NCBI GenBank assembly: GCA_044344255.1 | Contig: JBIJDH010000040.1 | Location: 1 to 50,074 of the forward strand | Direction of reading: 5' to 3' | DNA from: Myxococcota bacterium | Lineage (GTDB): Bacteria > Myxococcota_A > UBA796 > UBA2385 | DNA length: 50,074 nucleotides | Shown: piece after piece, positions 29,405-40,471 of the stretch | How positions within the stretch are numbered: position 1 is the stretch's first letter | Layout: every line of letters begins with the position of its first letter | Notes under the pieces: generated by a model | What the model was told of the DNA's origin: nothing | The model's database searches: none | Seen by the model: only the letters and a program-made list of their open reading frames with translations | Position numbers and translations under genes: made by a program

Positions 29405-30859
29405 ATGTCTGATCCCTCCGCCCTCCCCGCGCTCGACATCACCCGCGATCCGGAGGTCATCGAGGGTTACCTCCGCGACGCCTCGAACACCCGTGGGCGC
29501 GCCGAGGCCCTGGCCCGCCCCCGCTCCGCCGAAGAGGTGGCCGAGCTGGTCACCTTCTGCCAGGCGCGGGCCATCCCGCTCACGGTGACCGCGCGGCGCA
29601 GCTCCACCACCGGCTCCCCGGTCCCCGAGGGCGGCTGGCTGCTCAGCACCGAGCGGCTCAACCGGGTGCTCGCCCTCGACGAGGCCGAAGGCGGCGTGCT
29701 CCTCGGCGACTACCAGCGGCAGGTGGAGGCGGCGGGATGGCTCTTCCCGCCCGATCCCACGAGCCGCGACGAGAGCGCCCTCGGCGCCACCCTCGCCTGC
29801 AACGCGAGCGGCGCCCGCTCCTTCCGCTACGGACCCACCCGCCCCTGGGTGGAGGCGCTCGAGGTGGTGCTGCCCACCGGCGAGCTCCGCTGGGTCGACC
29901 GCGGCACGCCGATCCCCGCCGCCTGGCCGCGTCCCACCTGGACCGAGCCCGCCGTCAAGACGGCCGCCGGCTTCTATCCGGCGGACAACCTGTTCGATCT
30001 GATCATCGGCTCTGAAGGCACCCTCGGGGTCATCACGAGGGCGAAGCTGCGCCTCACCGCCCTCCCCGCGCGGGTGGTCGCGCTGATCGCCTTCTTCCCT
30101 GACCTCGAGCGCACCCTCGCCTTCGTCGCCCTCGCTCGCCGCGGCGCCGCCCGCCCCGGGATCGCCGCCGAGGCTGGTGCGCTCAACCCGCGCGCCATCG
30201 AGTACTTCGACCACCACGCCCTCGACATGGTGAAGTCCCGCGTGCCCGACATCCCCGCCGCCGCCGCCCACGCGCTCTACGTCGAGATCGAGGCCCTGCC
30301 CGAAGACGAGCGCGGCGGCGAAGGCGAGGGCGACCTGCTCGAACGCTGGTTCGACGCCCTCACCCTCGCCGGCGCCCTCGCCGAGGACACGATCGTCGCC
30401 GAGGATGAGCTCGGCCAGCGGCGCCTCCGAGCCGTGCGCCACGCCGTGCCCGCCGGGGTGGGCGAGCTCGTGGCGAAGAACGGCATGCCCAAGGTGGGCA
30501 CCGACTTCGCCGTCCCCGACGGCGCCCTCGCCGAGATGATGGCCGCCTACGCCGCGGTAGACCTCCCCCACGTCTGCTTCGGCCACATCGGCGACAACCA
30601 CCTCCACCTCAACCTCTTCCCCCGGAGCCCCTCCGAGCTCGCCCACGCGCGGGCCCTCTACCGGGAGCTCGCCTTGAAGGCGGTCTCCCTCGGGGGGACC
30701 GTGTCGGCTGAGCACGGGATCGGCAAGCTCAAGCGCGCCCTGCTCGCCGAGATGGTGGGCCCGGAGACCCTGAACGCCATGACGGCCCTCAAACAAGCCG
30801 CCGACCCCGCCTGGATCCTCGGCCGTGGGACGCTCTTCGCCGCGCCGGTGCTCGCATGA
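29405..30859 (+). CDS. FAD-linked oxidoreductase (GlcD / D-lactate dehydrogenase family)
   Basis: FPPDPTS, LGATLACNASG..S.RYG, GSEGTLGVIT, FGHIGDNHLH, GGTVSAEHGIGK. Confidence 0.9.
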   Translation: MSDPSALPALDITRDPEVIEGYLRDASNTRGRAEALARPRSAEEVAELVTFCQARAIPLTVTARRSSTTGSPVPEGGWLLSTERLNRVLALDEAEGGVLLGDYQRQVEAAGWLFPPDPTSRDESALGATLACNASGARSFRYGPTRPWVEALEVVLPTGELRWVDRGTPIPAAWPRPTWTEPAVKTAAGFYPADNLFDLIIGSEGTLGVITRAKLRLTALPARVVALIAFFPDLERTLAFVALARRGAARPGIAAEAGALNPRAIEYFDHHALDMVKSRVPDIPAAAAHALYVEIEALPEDERGGEGEGDLLERWFDALTLAGALAEDTIVAEDELGQRRLRAVRHAVPAGVGELVAKNGMPKVGTDFAVPDGALAEMMAAYAAVDLPHVCFGHIGDNHLHLNLFPRSPSELAHARALYRELALKAVSLGGTVSAEHGIGKLKRALLAEMVGPETLNAMTALKQAADPAWILGRGTLFAAPVLA

Positions 30860-33210
30860 GCCGCGTGGGCACCCTCTCTGCGGTCCTCTTCTTCATCAGC
30901 TTCGAGCTCGTGCTCTTCGAGCTCCTGCTCACCCGCCTCTTCGGGGTGGTGCTCTTCGCCCAGTTCGCGCACCTCGCGCTGGCGCTGGCCCTGCTCGGCA
31001 TCAGCGTGGGGGCCATCCTCCAGCACCTCCGCCCGAGCCTCGTGCCCGAGGAGGGCCTCGAGCGCCGCCTCGCCTGGCTCTGCCTCCTCCAGGGCCTCGC
31101 CACGCTGCTCGCCGTGGTCTGCACCCTCGAGTTCCCGGTCACCCTGCAGAGCGGCTCGGCGCCCACGGTCTACCAGGAGCGCTCGAGCATCCAAGACGAG
31201 CTCTTGGACCCCTACTGGTTCGCGGCGCTGCTCCCCGTCCTCTCGGTGCCCTTCGCGATCGCCGGCCTCGCCTTCGCCGGCGTCTTTCAGCGACGGAAGC
31301 AGCACATCGGGCAGCTCTACGGGGCAGACCTCATCGGCGGCGCCGCGGGGGCCGTCGCCTTCATCCCCCTCCTCGGCGAGCTGGCGGGCCCGGACACCAT
31401 CTTCGTCATCACGCTGAGCGCCGCGGCCTCGGCCGCCCTCCTCGCCTGGCCCGAGCGCGACCGCGCCTTGATGGGCGCCGCCGGCCTGATGGGGCTGCTC
31501 TCGGTGGGCGCCCTGGTGTCGAGCGCGGTCTCGGGCGAGGTGCTCGAGGTCAAGTTCGCCGCCGGCTACTCCGAACGAAACGTCACCTACGTGCAGTGGA
31601 CGCCGCTCACCCGCCTCTCCATCCACAAGGATGACAAGCGCGGCGACTTCATGCTGCTCGACAACACGAGCGCCTCCGAGATCTTTCGCTCCGAGGCCCG
31701 CCGGGCGAAGGTGGCCGAGGAGATCAACCGCGCGCTCGTCTTCCACCTCTACGAGCCGCCGGCGCGGGTCGCTATCCTCGCCGCCTCGGCCGGCCCCGAG
31801 GTGGCGGTCGCGCAGTCCCGTGGCTTCACCGGCATTGACGCCATCGACATCGCAGGCGAGATCTTCGATATCGTCGCCGAGCAGTACCCGGACTCGCCGG
31901 TCAACCCCTACACCCACGGTGACACCCACCGCGTGAAGTCCGACGGGCGCGCCGCCATCCTCCACGCCCAGGAGCCTTACGACATCATCCAGATGGTGCA
32001 CGCCAACCTCTGGTCGAGCGCGGGCCTGCTCGCCAACGCCTGGTCGCCCTCCCTGCTCGAGACGAAGGAGGCCTTCGAGACCTACTTCGACCACCTCTCG
32101 CCCCGGGGGATGATCTCCTTTGGCCGTGGCGCCTCTACCGACGCCATCCTCCGCTCCGCCGTCGCGGCCCTGCGCGCGCGCGGCATCACCGAGCCGCTCC
32201 GCCACATCGCCTACGTCAAGGGCACCGCGGTCGTCCTGCTCGTGAAGAAGGAGCCCTTCAGCGAGGAGGACCGCGCCCGCCTCCTCACGGCCATGGGCGA
32301 ATTCCGCGACGCCCGCCTCCTCATCGACCCCGGCCAGCCCCTCGGCGCCGAGGGTAAGAAGCTGCTCCAGGGCGCCGTGATGACCGACGACCGCCCCTAC
32401 CTCGACGACCCCGGCTTCTTCTGGCACGAGCTCCAGCGCTCGATCGAGGCCGCCGAGGGCGACGAGAAGCCCCTCGCCGCCGTGTACCGCAGCATCGTCA
32501 TCCAGGTGCTGTTCACGCTCGTGGCCGGCTTCGTCTTCATCGGCCTGCCGCTCCTCTCGCGGCGCAGCGGCGAGGCCCGCGGGATGCGCTACGTCGGCCC
32601 CGGGCTGCTCTACATCGCCGGCCTCGGCTACGGCTACCTCGCCGTCGAGACCGTGCTCGTACACGAGCTCATCCTCTTCGTCGGGCACCCCACCTACGCG
32701 GTCACCGCCGTCATTTTGAGCATGCTGCTCTCCTCGGGCCTCGGCAGCATGGCCGCGGGCCGCCTCCCCGAGGCCGGCCTCGCGCGGCGGCTGCGGGCCA
32801 TCCTCGCGGGCGTGATCCTGCTCGGCCTCGTGCAGGCCTTCGTCGTCCCCAAGGTGCTCTACGGCGCCGCCCTCGGCCTCCCGGGCGAGCTCCGCATCGC
32901 CATCACCGTGGTCGCGCTCGCGCCCCTCGGCTTCCTGATGGGCATGCCCTTCCCGCTCGCCCTCCGCCTGCTCCGCGCCGACGCCGCCGGCCTCGTCCCC
33001 TGGGGTTGGGCCATCAACGGCTGGATGAGCGTGGTCGCGAGCCTCGCCACCGTCGTGATCAGCCGCATGTGGGGCTACTCGACGGCCTTCGGCTTCGGCC
33101 TCGCCTTCTACCTCCTCGCCCTGCTGATGGTCGGCTTCCTCGGTCGCATCGCGCCGCGTGCGGCCGCCGAGGCCGACGGCCGACCGGCGGGGGGCGCCTC
33201 AGCGGGCTAA
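30856..33210 (+). CDS. Membrane protein with spermidine synthase-like methyltransferase domain
   Basis: ~7 N-terminal TM with LYGADLIGGAAGA; central DGRAAI...YDIIQ, TKEAF..Y..HL.P.G, TDDRPY; C-terminal TM with GHPTYA, GMPFP, WGWAING. Confidence 0.8.
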   Translation: MSRVGTLSAVLFFISFELVLFELLLTRLFGVVLFAQFAHLALALALLGISVGAILQHLRPSLVPEEGLERRLAWLCLLQGLATLLAVVCTLEFPVTLQSGSAPTVYQERSSIQDELLDPYWFAALLPVLSVPFAIAGLAFAGVFQRRKQHIGQLYGADLIGGAAGAVAFIPLLGELAGPDTIFVITLSAAASAALLAWPERDRALMGAAGLMGLLSVGALVSSAVSGEVLEVKFAAGYSERNVTYVQWTPLTRLSIHKDDKRGDFMLLDNTSASEIFRSEARRAKVAEEINRALVFHLYEPPARVAILAASAGPEVAVAQSRGFTGIDAIDIAGEIFDIVAEQYPDSPVNPYTHGDTHRVKSDGRAAILHAQEPYDIIQMVHANLWSSAGLLANAWSPSLLETKEAFETYFDHLSPRGMISFGRGASTDAILRSAVAALRARGITEPLRHIAYVKGTAVVLLVKKEPFSEEDRARLLTAMGEFRDARLLIDPGQPLGAEGKKLLQGAVMTDDRPYLDDPGFFWHELQRSIEAAEGDEKPLAAVYRSIVIQVLFTLVAGFVFIGLPLLSRRSGEARGMRYVGPGLLYIAGLGYGYLAVETVLVHELILFVGHPTYAVTAVILSMLLSSGLGSMAAGRLPEAGLARRLRAILAGVILLGLVQAFVVPKVLYGAALGLPGELRIAITVVALAPLGFLMGMPFPLALRLLRADAAGLVPWGWAINGWMSVVASLATVVISRMWGYSTAFGFGLAFYLLALLMVGFLGRIAPRAAAEADGRPAGGASAG

Positions 33211-34632
<1,422 letters not shown>

Positions 34633-34642
34633 CCCCCACGGC

Positions 34643-34715
<73 letters not shown>

Positions 34716-34747
34716 CTCCTTTCGATCCGCTGGTGACCGTACTCTTC

Positions 34748-34822
<75 letters not shown>

Positions 34823-34832
34823 CTTTTTCCAG

Positions 34833-34866
34833 GAAAGTCGCCGCAAGGCGGCTTTTCGCGGTTTTG
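34833..34866 (+). terminator. Intrinsic terminator of the tRNA pair
   Basis: AAAGTCGCC-GCAA-GGCGGCTTT hairpin with a T-rich tail. Confidence 0.8.
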
Positions 34867-35101
34867 GGGGGCGGGTGTTGTCTGCACTCAACCTCTCATC
34901 GCGCGAACTACTCGACGCATGAACTCGGTCCGGTCACCGCCCAGCTCAGCTCGTTGAACCGGGGGAGCTCGAAGGCGAACTCTCCCGCCTCGGCGAGCGC
35001 AACGACACCTCCCTCGCCATGAGCGGCGACGCTCCACGCCAGCGCCGCGTTCGGAATCTGGTGCGTCTGCCGCTGCGCGCCTGCGAAGTGGAACCGAACG
35101 C

Positions 35102-35497
35102 TCACGGTCGAAACCAGTCTTCCGAGGCAATTCCCGGAATCCGCTGATAGTGCTTCCGATTCCCGGTCACGAGCGTGGCGCCCCGGCTCAGCGCGATCGC
35201 GGCGATGAACAGGTCCGCGTCCGCGACGACCTGCCCCGCGATCGCCAGCCTCGCCTTCACCTCTCCGAAGAGCCTCGCGCTCGCGAGGTCCGGCGAAAGC
35301 ACCGGTAGAGTGTTGAGGAAGCGGACCACGAGGGCGGCGTTCGTGTCGGGCTTGGCGGACCTCGCCGCGCCGTAGAACAGCTCGGAGGCGGTGACCCACG
35401 TTGTGGCGACCTCGTCGACCTCGGCGCCGCGGCGCTCCAGCACCTCGCTCCGCCCTCGGAGGATGCCGATGCAAGTGTCCGAGTCGAGGAGCTTCAA
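35102..35497 (-). CDS. vapC: PIN-domain toxin, VapC family
   Basis: LLDSDTCI, TASELFYGA, DADLFIAAIAL, LVTGNRKHY.RIPG...EDW; TTG start overlaps the antitoxin stop. Confidence 0.9.
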   Translation of the reverse strand: MKLLDSDTCIGILRGRSEVLERRGAEVDEVATTWVTASELFYGAARSAKPDTNAALVVRFLNTLPVLSPDLASARLFGEVKARLAIAGQVVADADLFIAAIALSRGATLVTGNRKHYQRIPGIASEDWFRP

Positions 35498-35589
35498 AGG
35501 TCGACGTCCCGCCCCTGCGTGCGCGCGGCGTACAGGTCAGCGACTTCCTCGTCGAATGTGCGGTCGCTCACCCAGGCGCCGGCGAGGGT
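35494..35589 (-). pseudogene. 5'-truncated VapB/FitA-like antitoxin (last 31 codons only)
   Basis: TLAGAWVSDRTFDEEVADLYAARTQGRDVDL*, coupled to vapC via TTGA; in-frame TAA TAG immediately upstream. Confidence 0.7.
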
Positions 35590-35592
35590 CTA

Positions 35593-36085
35593 TTACCCGA
35601 TCCCAAGCAGCGGCTCCGGGCGGCGCACGACTACGTCGCGACCCGCGTGACCTATGACGACGACTCCCTCGTCGAGGGCGAGCGGGCCGCCCAGGAGGCC
35701 GACACCGACCTTCGCCGACGAAAGGGCGTGTGCGCAGGCTACGCGAACCGGATGGTGGCATCGGAAAGACCTCCGCGTTGGAGATCGTCTACCTGACAGG
35801 GCTCGCGCGAGATGAGGGGGGGAGAGCGACGGCTCGGCCCACGCCTGGAACGCGGCGCGGATCGGGGATCGTTGGACGCTGATCGACACGACCTGGGACG
35901 CCGGCCCCCTCGACCATGGAGCCGCCGGGAGCCTGTTCCGCCCGGACTACTTTGGGACGCCGCCCGAGATCTTCTCGCTCACACACCTGCCCTCGGTGGA
36001 GGGGTGGCAGCTCCTCCCGGATCCCATCACGCGCGGCGAATTCACCCACCGTCCCTTGTTGGAGCACGCCTTGTTCGCGGGGGGG
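35593..36085 (+). pseudogene. Transglutaminase-like (Cys-His-Asp) gene remnant with two frameshifts
   Basis: RLRAAHDYVATRVTYD...RKGVCAGYA; shift near 35760; IVYLTGLAR; shift in the G7 run 35816-35822; HAWNAARIGDRWTLIDTTWDAG...DYFGTPPEIF..THLP....WQLL. Confidence 0.8.
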
Positions 36086-36158
36086 CCGCACCGCCCGGTC
36101 CGCGTCCCCGCCCGCGCTCCACCTACCCGACTCTCCACTCCGTTGATATGCATCGGGT

Positions 36159-36674
36159 GTGAGCACCTCCATCCCCTCCCCTGCCAACTCCCGCCTGCAC
36201 CTCGCGAGCGGGCTCGCTATCGCGCTGCTGGGCGCGCTCGGCGGCGGCGGCGCCTACACCTTCCACACGGCGAAGGGCACCTCCTACCTGTCCGATGATC
36301 CGCAGGTCTGCGTGGGCTGCCACATCATGCGGGAGCAGTACGAGGGCTGGCAGCACGCCTCCCACCACGCGGTCGCGGTCTGTAACGACTGCCACCTGCC
36401 CCATGGGAGCCTCGTCGCGAAGCTCAGCGTGAAGGCCCTGAACGGCTGGAACCACTCTCGCGCCTTCACGATGCAGGACTTCCCCGAGCCCATCCGCATC
36501 AAGCCCGCCAACGCCCAGGTGTTGGAGGACAACTGCCTCCGCTGTCATGCCGCGCTCACCGACGAGATCACGGCCCACGGCACGCTCGGCACCCCCACGG
36601 ACCCGATGCAGCGCGCCGACCTCTACGGCTGCGTGCGCTGCCACAGCGCGGTCGGCCACGGCCCCACCCGCTGA
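36159..36674 (+). CDS. nrfH: Cytochrome c nitrite reductase small subunit (tetraheme, NapC/NirT family)
   Basis: N-terminal TM; SYLSDDP.VCVGCHIM, CNDCHLPH, CLRCH, CVRCHSAVGH. Confidence 0.93.
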   Translation: MSTSIPSPANSRLHLASGLAIALLGALGGGGAYTFHTAKGTSYLSDDPQVCVGCHIMREQYEGWQHASHHAVAVCNDCHLPHGSLVAKLSVKALNGWNHSRAFTMQDFPEPIRIKPANAQVLEDNCLRCHAALTDEITAHGTLGTPTDPMQRADLYGCVRCHSAVGHGPTR

Positions 36675-36704
36675 TCTCTCGTGATCTCTGATCTCTCGTG
36701 ATCT
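36671..36704 (+). repeat. 17-bp perfect tandem duplication between nrfH and nrfA
   Basis: CTGATCTCTCGTGATCT x2. Confidence 0.9.
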
Positions 36705-36718
36705 GCTGAGGAGCCCCC

Positions 36719-38242
36719 ATGTCCGCCCCCGCACCCACCCCCCTCCGCGCCGGCCTCATCGCCCTCATCGCCGCCGTCGCCACCGCAGGGGTCTTCGCCC
36801 TGTTCGGAAACGTGAAGGAGCGACAGGGCGAGGCCAAGGTGACCCACACCGCGCTCGTGGAGCTGACTGAGACCACCGTCGATCCCGCTGAGTGGGGGAA
36901 GAACTTCCCCAGCCAGTACGAGAGCTACCTCCGCACCGCCGAGAAGTACGCCACCACCTACGGCGGCGCTGGCAGCGAGGGGCTGCCGAAGAGCCGCATC
37001 GAAGACGATCCCCGGCTGGTCACCCTCTTTGACGGCTACGCCTTCGCGATTGACTTCAACCAGCGCCAGGGCCACGCCTGGATGCTCGACGACCAACGCT
37101 CCACCAAGCGTGTGACCGAGCGGCCCCAGACCGGCGCCTGCCTGCACTGCCACGCCTCGAACACGGTGGCCTATCGCCAGCTCGGCCTCGACGAGGGGGC
37201 GACCGGCACCCTCGACGAGCCCTTCGAGAGCCCGCACGGCCACGAGCAGCTCATGAAGGGCTTCGAAGCGATGGGAAAGCTGCCCTACGCCGAGGCCTCC
37301 GCGAAGGTGGAGCACCCGGTCGCCTGTATCGACTGCCATGACCCGGAGTCGATGGCGCTGCGGGTCACCAAGCCCGGCTTCCTCGTGGGTATCGCCGCTC
37401 TCGCCCGGTCGGAGGAGCCCGTGCCGCACCTCCCGAGCCTCGAGGCCTGGCGAAAGGGAGACCGCGCCGCGGACTACTCCCCCAACGCGGCCGCCTCTCG
37501 ACAGGAGATGCGCTCGATGGTCTGTGGTCAGTGCCACGTCGAATACTATTGTGGCGCCAAGCAGACGCTTGAGTTCCCCTGGGAGAAGGGCCTCAAGGTG
37601 GAGCAGATCGAGGCCACCTGGGACGAGACGACCTTCGCCGACGGTCACCGCTTCTTCGACTGGAAGCACGCCCAGACCGGCGCCGAGCTGCTCAAGGCGC
37701 AGCACCCCGAATTCGAGATGTGGAGCCAGGGGATCCACGCCCGCTCGGGCGTCGCCTGCGCCGACTGTCACATGCCCTATGTGCGGGAGGGGGCGATGAA
37801 GGTCAGCTCCCACCACGTCCGCAGCCCGCTGCTCGACGTGTCGCGGAGCTGCCAGACCTGTCATCGTTTCCCCGAGGCGGAGCTGCAGGCCCGAGTGGCG
37901 ATCATCCAGGGCCGCACCAAGGCGCTGATGGATCGGGCCGAGGACGCGCTCGTGGCCCTCATCACCGACGTCGCCGCCGCGCGGAAGGCCGGGCTCGCCG
38001 ACACGCAGCTCGGCGAGGTCTACGCCCTCCAGCGAAAGGCGCAATTCCGGGTCGACTTCGTCAACGCCGAAAATTCCATGGGCTTTCACGCCCCGCAAGA
38101 GGCCGCCCGAATCCTCGGGGAGTCTATCGACTACGCCCGACAGGGTCAGCTTGAGCTGGCCCGCCGGATGGCCACCACCGCCGCGGCCCCTGTCGGCGCC
38201 CCGGCCGCGGCGTCCCCCGCCGCGTCCCCCGCCGCGCGCTGA
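36719..38242 (+). CDS. nrfA: Ammonia-forming pentaheme nitrite reductase, CXXCH-type first heme
   Basis: CLHCH, CIDCH, CGQCHVEYY, CADCH, CQTCH; LKAQHPEFE; AENSMGFHAPQE; GAGGAG RBS. Confidence 0.95.
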   Translation: MSAPAPTPLRAGLIALIAAVATAGVFALFGNVKERQGEAKVTHTALVELTETTVDPAEWGKNFPSQYESYLRTAEKYATTYGGAGSEGLPKSRIEDDPRLVTLFDGYAFAIDFNQRQGHAWMLDDQRSTKRVTERPQTGACLHCHASNTVAYRQLGLDEGATGTLDEPFESPHGHEQLMKGFEAMGKLPYAEASAKVEHPVACIDCHDPESMALRVTKPGFLVGIAALARSEEPVPHLPSLEAWRKGDRAADYSPNAAASRQEMRSMVCGQCHVEYYCGAKQTLEFPWEKGLKVEQIEATWDETTFADGHRFFDWKHAQTGAELLKAQHPEFEMWSQGIHARSGVACADCHMPYVREGAMKVSSHHVRSPLLDVSRSCQTCHRFPEAELQARVAIIQGRTKALMDRAEDALVALITDVAAARKAGLADTQLGEVYALQRKAQFRVDFVNAENSMGFHAPQEAARILGESIDYARQGQLELARRMATTAAAPVGAPAAASPAASPAAR

Positions 38243-38266
38243 ACCCCCGCCGCCCCGCCGTCCCGC

Positions 38267-40393
38267 TCAGGCCGGGGACAGGCGGACGCGGGCGTCGATG
38301 GCCACACAACCATGGCCCTGGCGCATGACCTTGACCGGGTTGAGGTCGAGCTCCAGGATCTGCGGGGCGGCGTCGGCGAGGGCGCCGATGCGCAGGAGAA
38401 GGTCCTCCAGGGCGGCGACGTCGGCCTTCGGCGAACCTCGGTATCCGTCCAAGATCGGGAAGCCACGGATGCCGCGCACGAGCTCGTGGACAGACCTGTC
38501 GGTGAGCGGCGCGAGGCGAAACTGTACATCGTGCAGGAGCTCGACCTGCACCCCGCCGAGACCGAACATCACGAGCGGGCCGTAGGCCGGGTCGTGGGTC
38601 ATGCCGACGATGGTCTCGACGCCGCCCTCAATCATGGGCTGGATCAGGACCCCTCTCATCGCGTCGCCGAGGCCCGCCGCCTGGAGCGCGGCGAGGATCT
38701 CCTCCCAGGCGCCGAAGACATCGGACTCGTTGCGCAGATCGACCTTCACGCCGCCTACGTCGGTCTTGTGGACCACCCCCTCGGCCACGAGCTTGAGCAC
38801 CACGGGGAAGCCCATCCGCCGCGCGAGGGCGGCGGCCTGGCCCGCGGAGTCCGCGAAGGAGGCCTCGGGGAGGCTCACGCCGACGGCGGCGAGCAGGGCG
38901 GCGACGTCGTCTTGGGCCAGCCAGCCCGCGGCGTCACAGCGAGCGCGGGCCGCCCCGAGGACCGCGAGGGCGGCCTCGCGATCCACGCCCGCCGGCAGTC
39001 GCTCGACGCCCGGGGCCTTCGCCCGCCACTCGCCGTAGCGGGCCGCCCGCGCGAGCACACGGACGGCGCTCTCAGGGAAGGCGTAGCTCGGGATGTGTGC
39101 CGCCTGGAGCTGCGACAGGGCCGCGGGCACACCATGCCGCCCCATGAAGCAGGAGATGACCGGCTTCTCGATGCCCGCTGCCCCGAGCGCGATGGCGTGG
39201 CCGACCGCCTCGGCGTCCGTCGTGATCGGCGGCACGAAGAGCACGAGCAGGGCGTCGATCGCCTCGCTGGAGAGCAGCGCCCGCCCGGCCCGCTCGAACT
39301 GGGCGGGGGTCGCGCTGGCGATCATGTCGACCGGGTTCTTCACGCTCGCGGCGGGCGGGAGGAAGCTCCGGAGCTCGGCGGTGAGGCCGGGCGGCAGATC
39401 GGCGACGAGGAGGCCGAGCGCCTCACAGGCGTCTGTGGCGAGGATGCCGGGCCCGCCAGCGTTGGTGAGGATGGCAACGCGGCGCCCGCGGGGGATCGGC
39501 TGGTGGGCCAGGAAGGCGGCCATGTCGAAGAGCTCCTCGACGGTGTCCACCCGGAGGATGCCGGTGTCTTCGACCAGGGCCTGCACGGCGGCGTCGGCCC
39601 CGGCGAGGGAGCCGGTGTGGCTGGAGGCGGCGACGAGGCCGCGGGCGCTGCGGCCGCTCTTCACCGCGACGATCGGCTTGTCCTGGCTCACCGCGCGCGC
39701 GATGTCGCGGAAGCGGCGGGGGTTCCCGAAGCTCTCGAGGTAGAGCAGCACCACCTCGGTGCCGGCGTCGGCGGCCCACCAGGAGAGGAGGTCATTGCCG
39801 CTCACGTCGGCCTTGTTGCCGATGCTCACGAAGTCGCGGATGCCGATGTTGAGCTCGCGGGCGTAGTCGAGCATCGCCACGCCGAGCGCGCCGGACTGGC
39901 TGGCCACCGAGACCGTGCCCGCCGGCGGGAAGGTGGGGGCGAAGGTGGCGTCGAGGCGGGTGTCGGGGTCTGTCGTGACGATGCCGAGGCAGTTCGGCCC
40001 CACCATCCGTGCCCCGGCCGCGCGCACCCGATCCACGATCTCCCGCTCCAGCAGGGCGCCCTCGGGCCCGACCTCCTTGAAGCCGGCCGTGATGATCAGC
40101 AGGCCCTTCACCCCCTTCTCGAGGCAGGCCTCCACCACCGAGAGCACCTGGGGCTGCGGCACGACGACGACGGCGAGATCGACCGGATCGGGGATCTCGC
40201 GCACGTCGCGCCAGGCGCGGACCGACTGGACCGAAATGGCGGTCGGGTGGACCGGCCAGACGGGGCCCCGAAAGCCGACCCGCAGGAGGTTGTGGAGGAT
40301 CTCCGCGCCGATGGTGCCTCGACGCTCCGAGGCGCCGACCACGGCGACGGAGCGGGGGCGGAGGAGGGCAGCGAGCTCGGGGTGTTTGTCCAT
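38267..40393 (-). CDS. Acetate/acyl-CoA ligase (ADP-forming), fused alpha-beta
   Basis: PRSVAVVGAS, GPNCLG, SQSGALG, ASSHTGSLAG (phospho-His), TNAGGPG, HKTDVGGV, ELDLNPV; no GNAT domain. Confidence 0.9.
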   Translation of the reverse strand: MDKHPELAALLRPRSVAVVGASERRGTIGAEILHNLLRVGFRGPVWPVHPTAISVQSVRAWRDVREIPDPVDLAVVVVPQPQVLSVVEACLEKGVKGLLIITAGFKEVGPEGALLEREIVDRVRAAGARMVGPNCLGIVTTDPDTRLDATFAPTFPPAGTVSVASQSGALGVAMLDYARELNIGIRDFVSIGNKADVSGNDLLSWWAADAGTEVVLLYLESFGNPRRFRDIARAVSQDKPIVAVKSGRSARGLVAASSHTGSLAGADAAVQALVEDTGILRVDTVEELFDMAAFLAHQPIPRGRRVAILTNAGGPGILATDACEALGLLVADLPPGLTAELRSFLPPAASVKNPVDMIASATPAQFERAGRALLSSEAIDALLVLFVPPITTDAEAVGHAIALGAAGIEKPVISCFMGRHGVPAALSQLQAAHIPSYAFPESAVRVLARAARYGEWRAKAPGVERLPAGVDREAALAVLGAARARCDAAGWLAQDDVAALLAAVGVSLPEASFADSAGQAAALARRMGFPVVLKLVAEGVVHKTDVGGVKVDLRNESDVFGAWEEILAALQAAGLGDAMRGVLIQPMIEGGVETIVGMTHDPAYGPLVMFGLGGVQVELLHDVQFRLAPLTDRSVHELVRGIRGFPILDGYRGSPKADVAALEDLLLRIGALADAAPQILELDLNPVKVMRQGHGCVAIDARVRLSPA

Positions 40394-40471
40394 CAGGATC
40401 TCCGGAGCCGCCCCCTATAGCGGCCGCGGCGAGCCGGGCTCACCCCGGGCCTGTCATGGCGCAGCCGACGG

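Noticed and set aside
34908..35105. 65-aa ORF coupled to the vapC stop (GTGA)
   Set aside because: No recognisable motif; cannot be distinguished from noise.
35816..35822. G7 tract as a phase-variation switch
   Set aside because: The gene has a second frameshift and no 5' end, so tract changes could not restore it.
36143..36156. FNR/DNR-like box TTGAT-ATGC-ATCGG before nrfH
   Set aside because: 8/10 match and biologically plausible, but only 2 nt from the start codon, which is the wrong position for an activator; it fits a -10 element equally well. Left uncalled.
40449..40459. Partial copy GCCTGTCATG of the 14-mer
   Set aside because: It lacks GGAG and leads to no credible gene; treated as chance.
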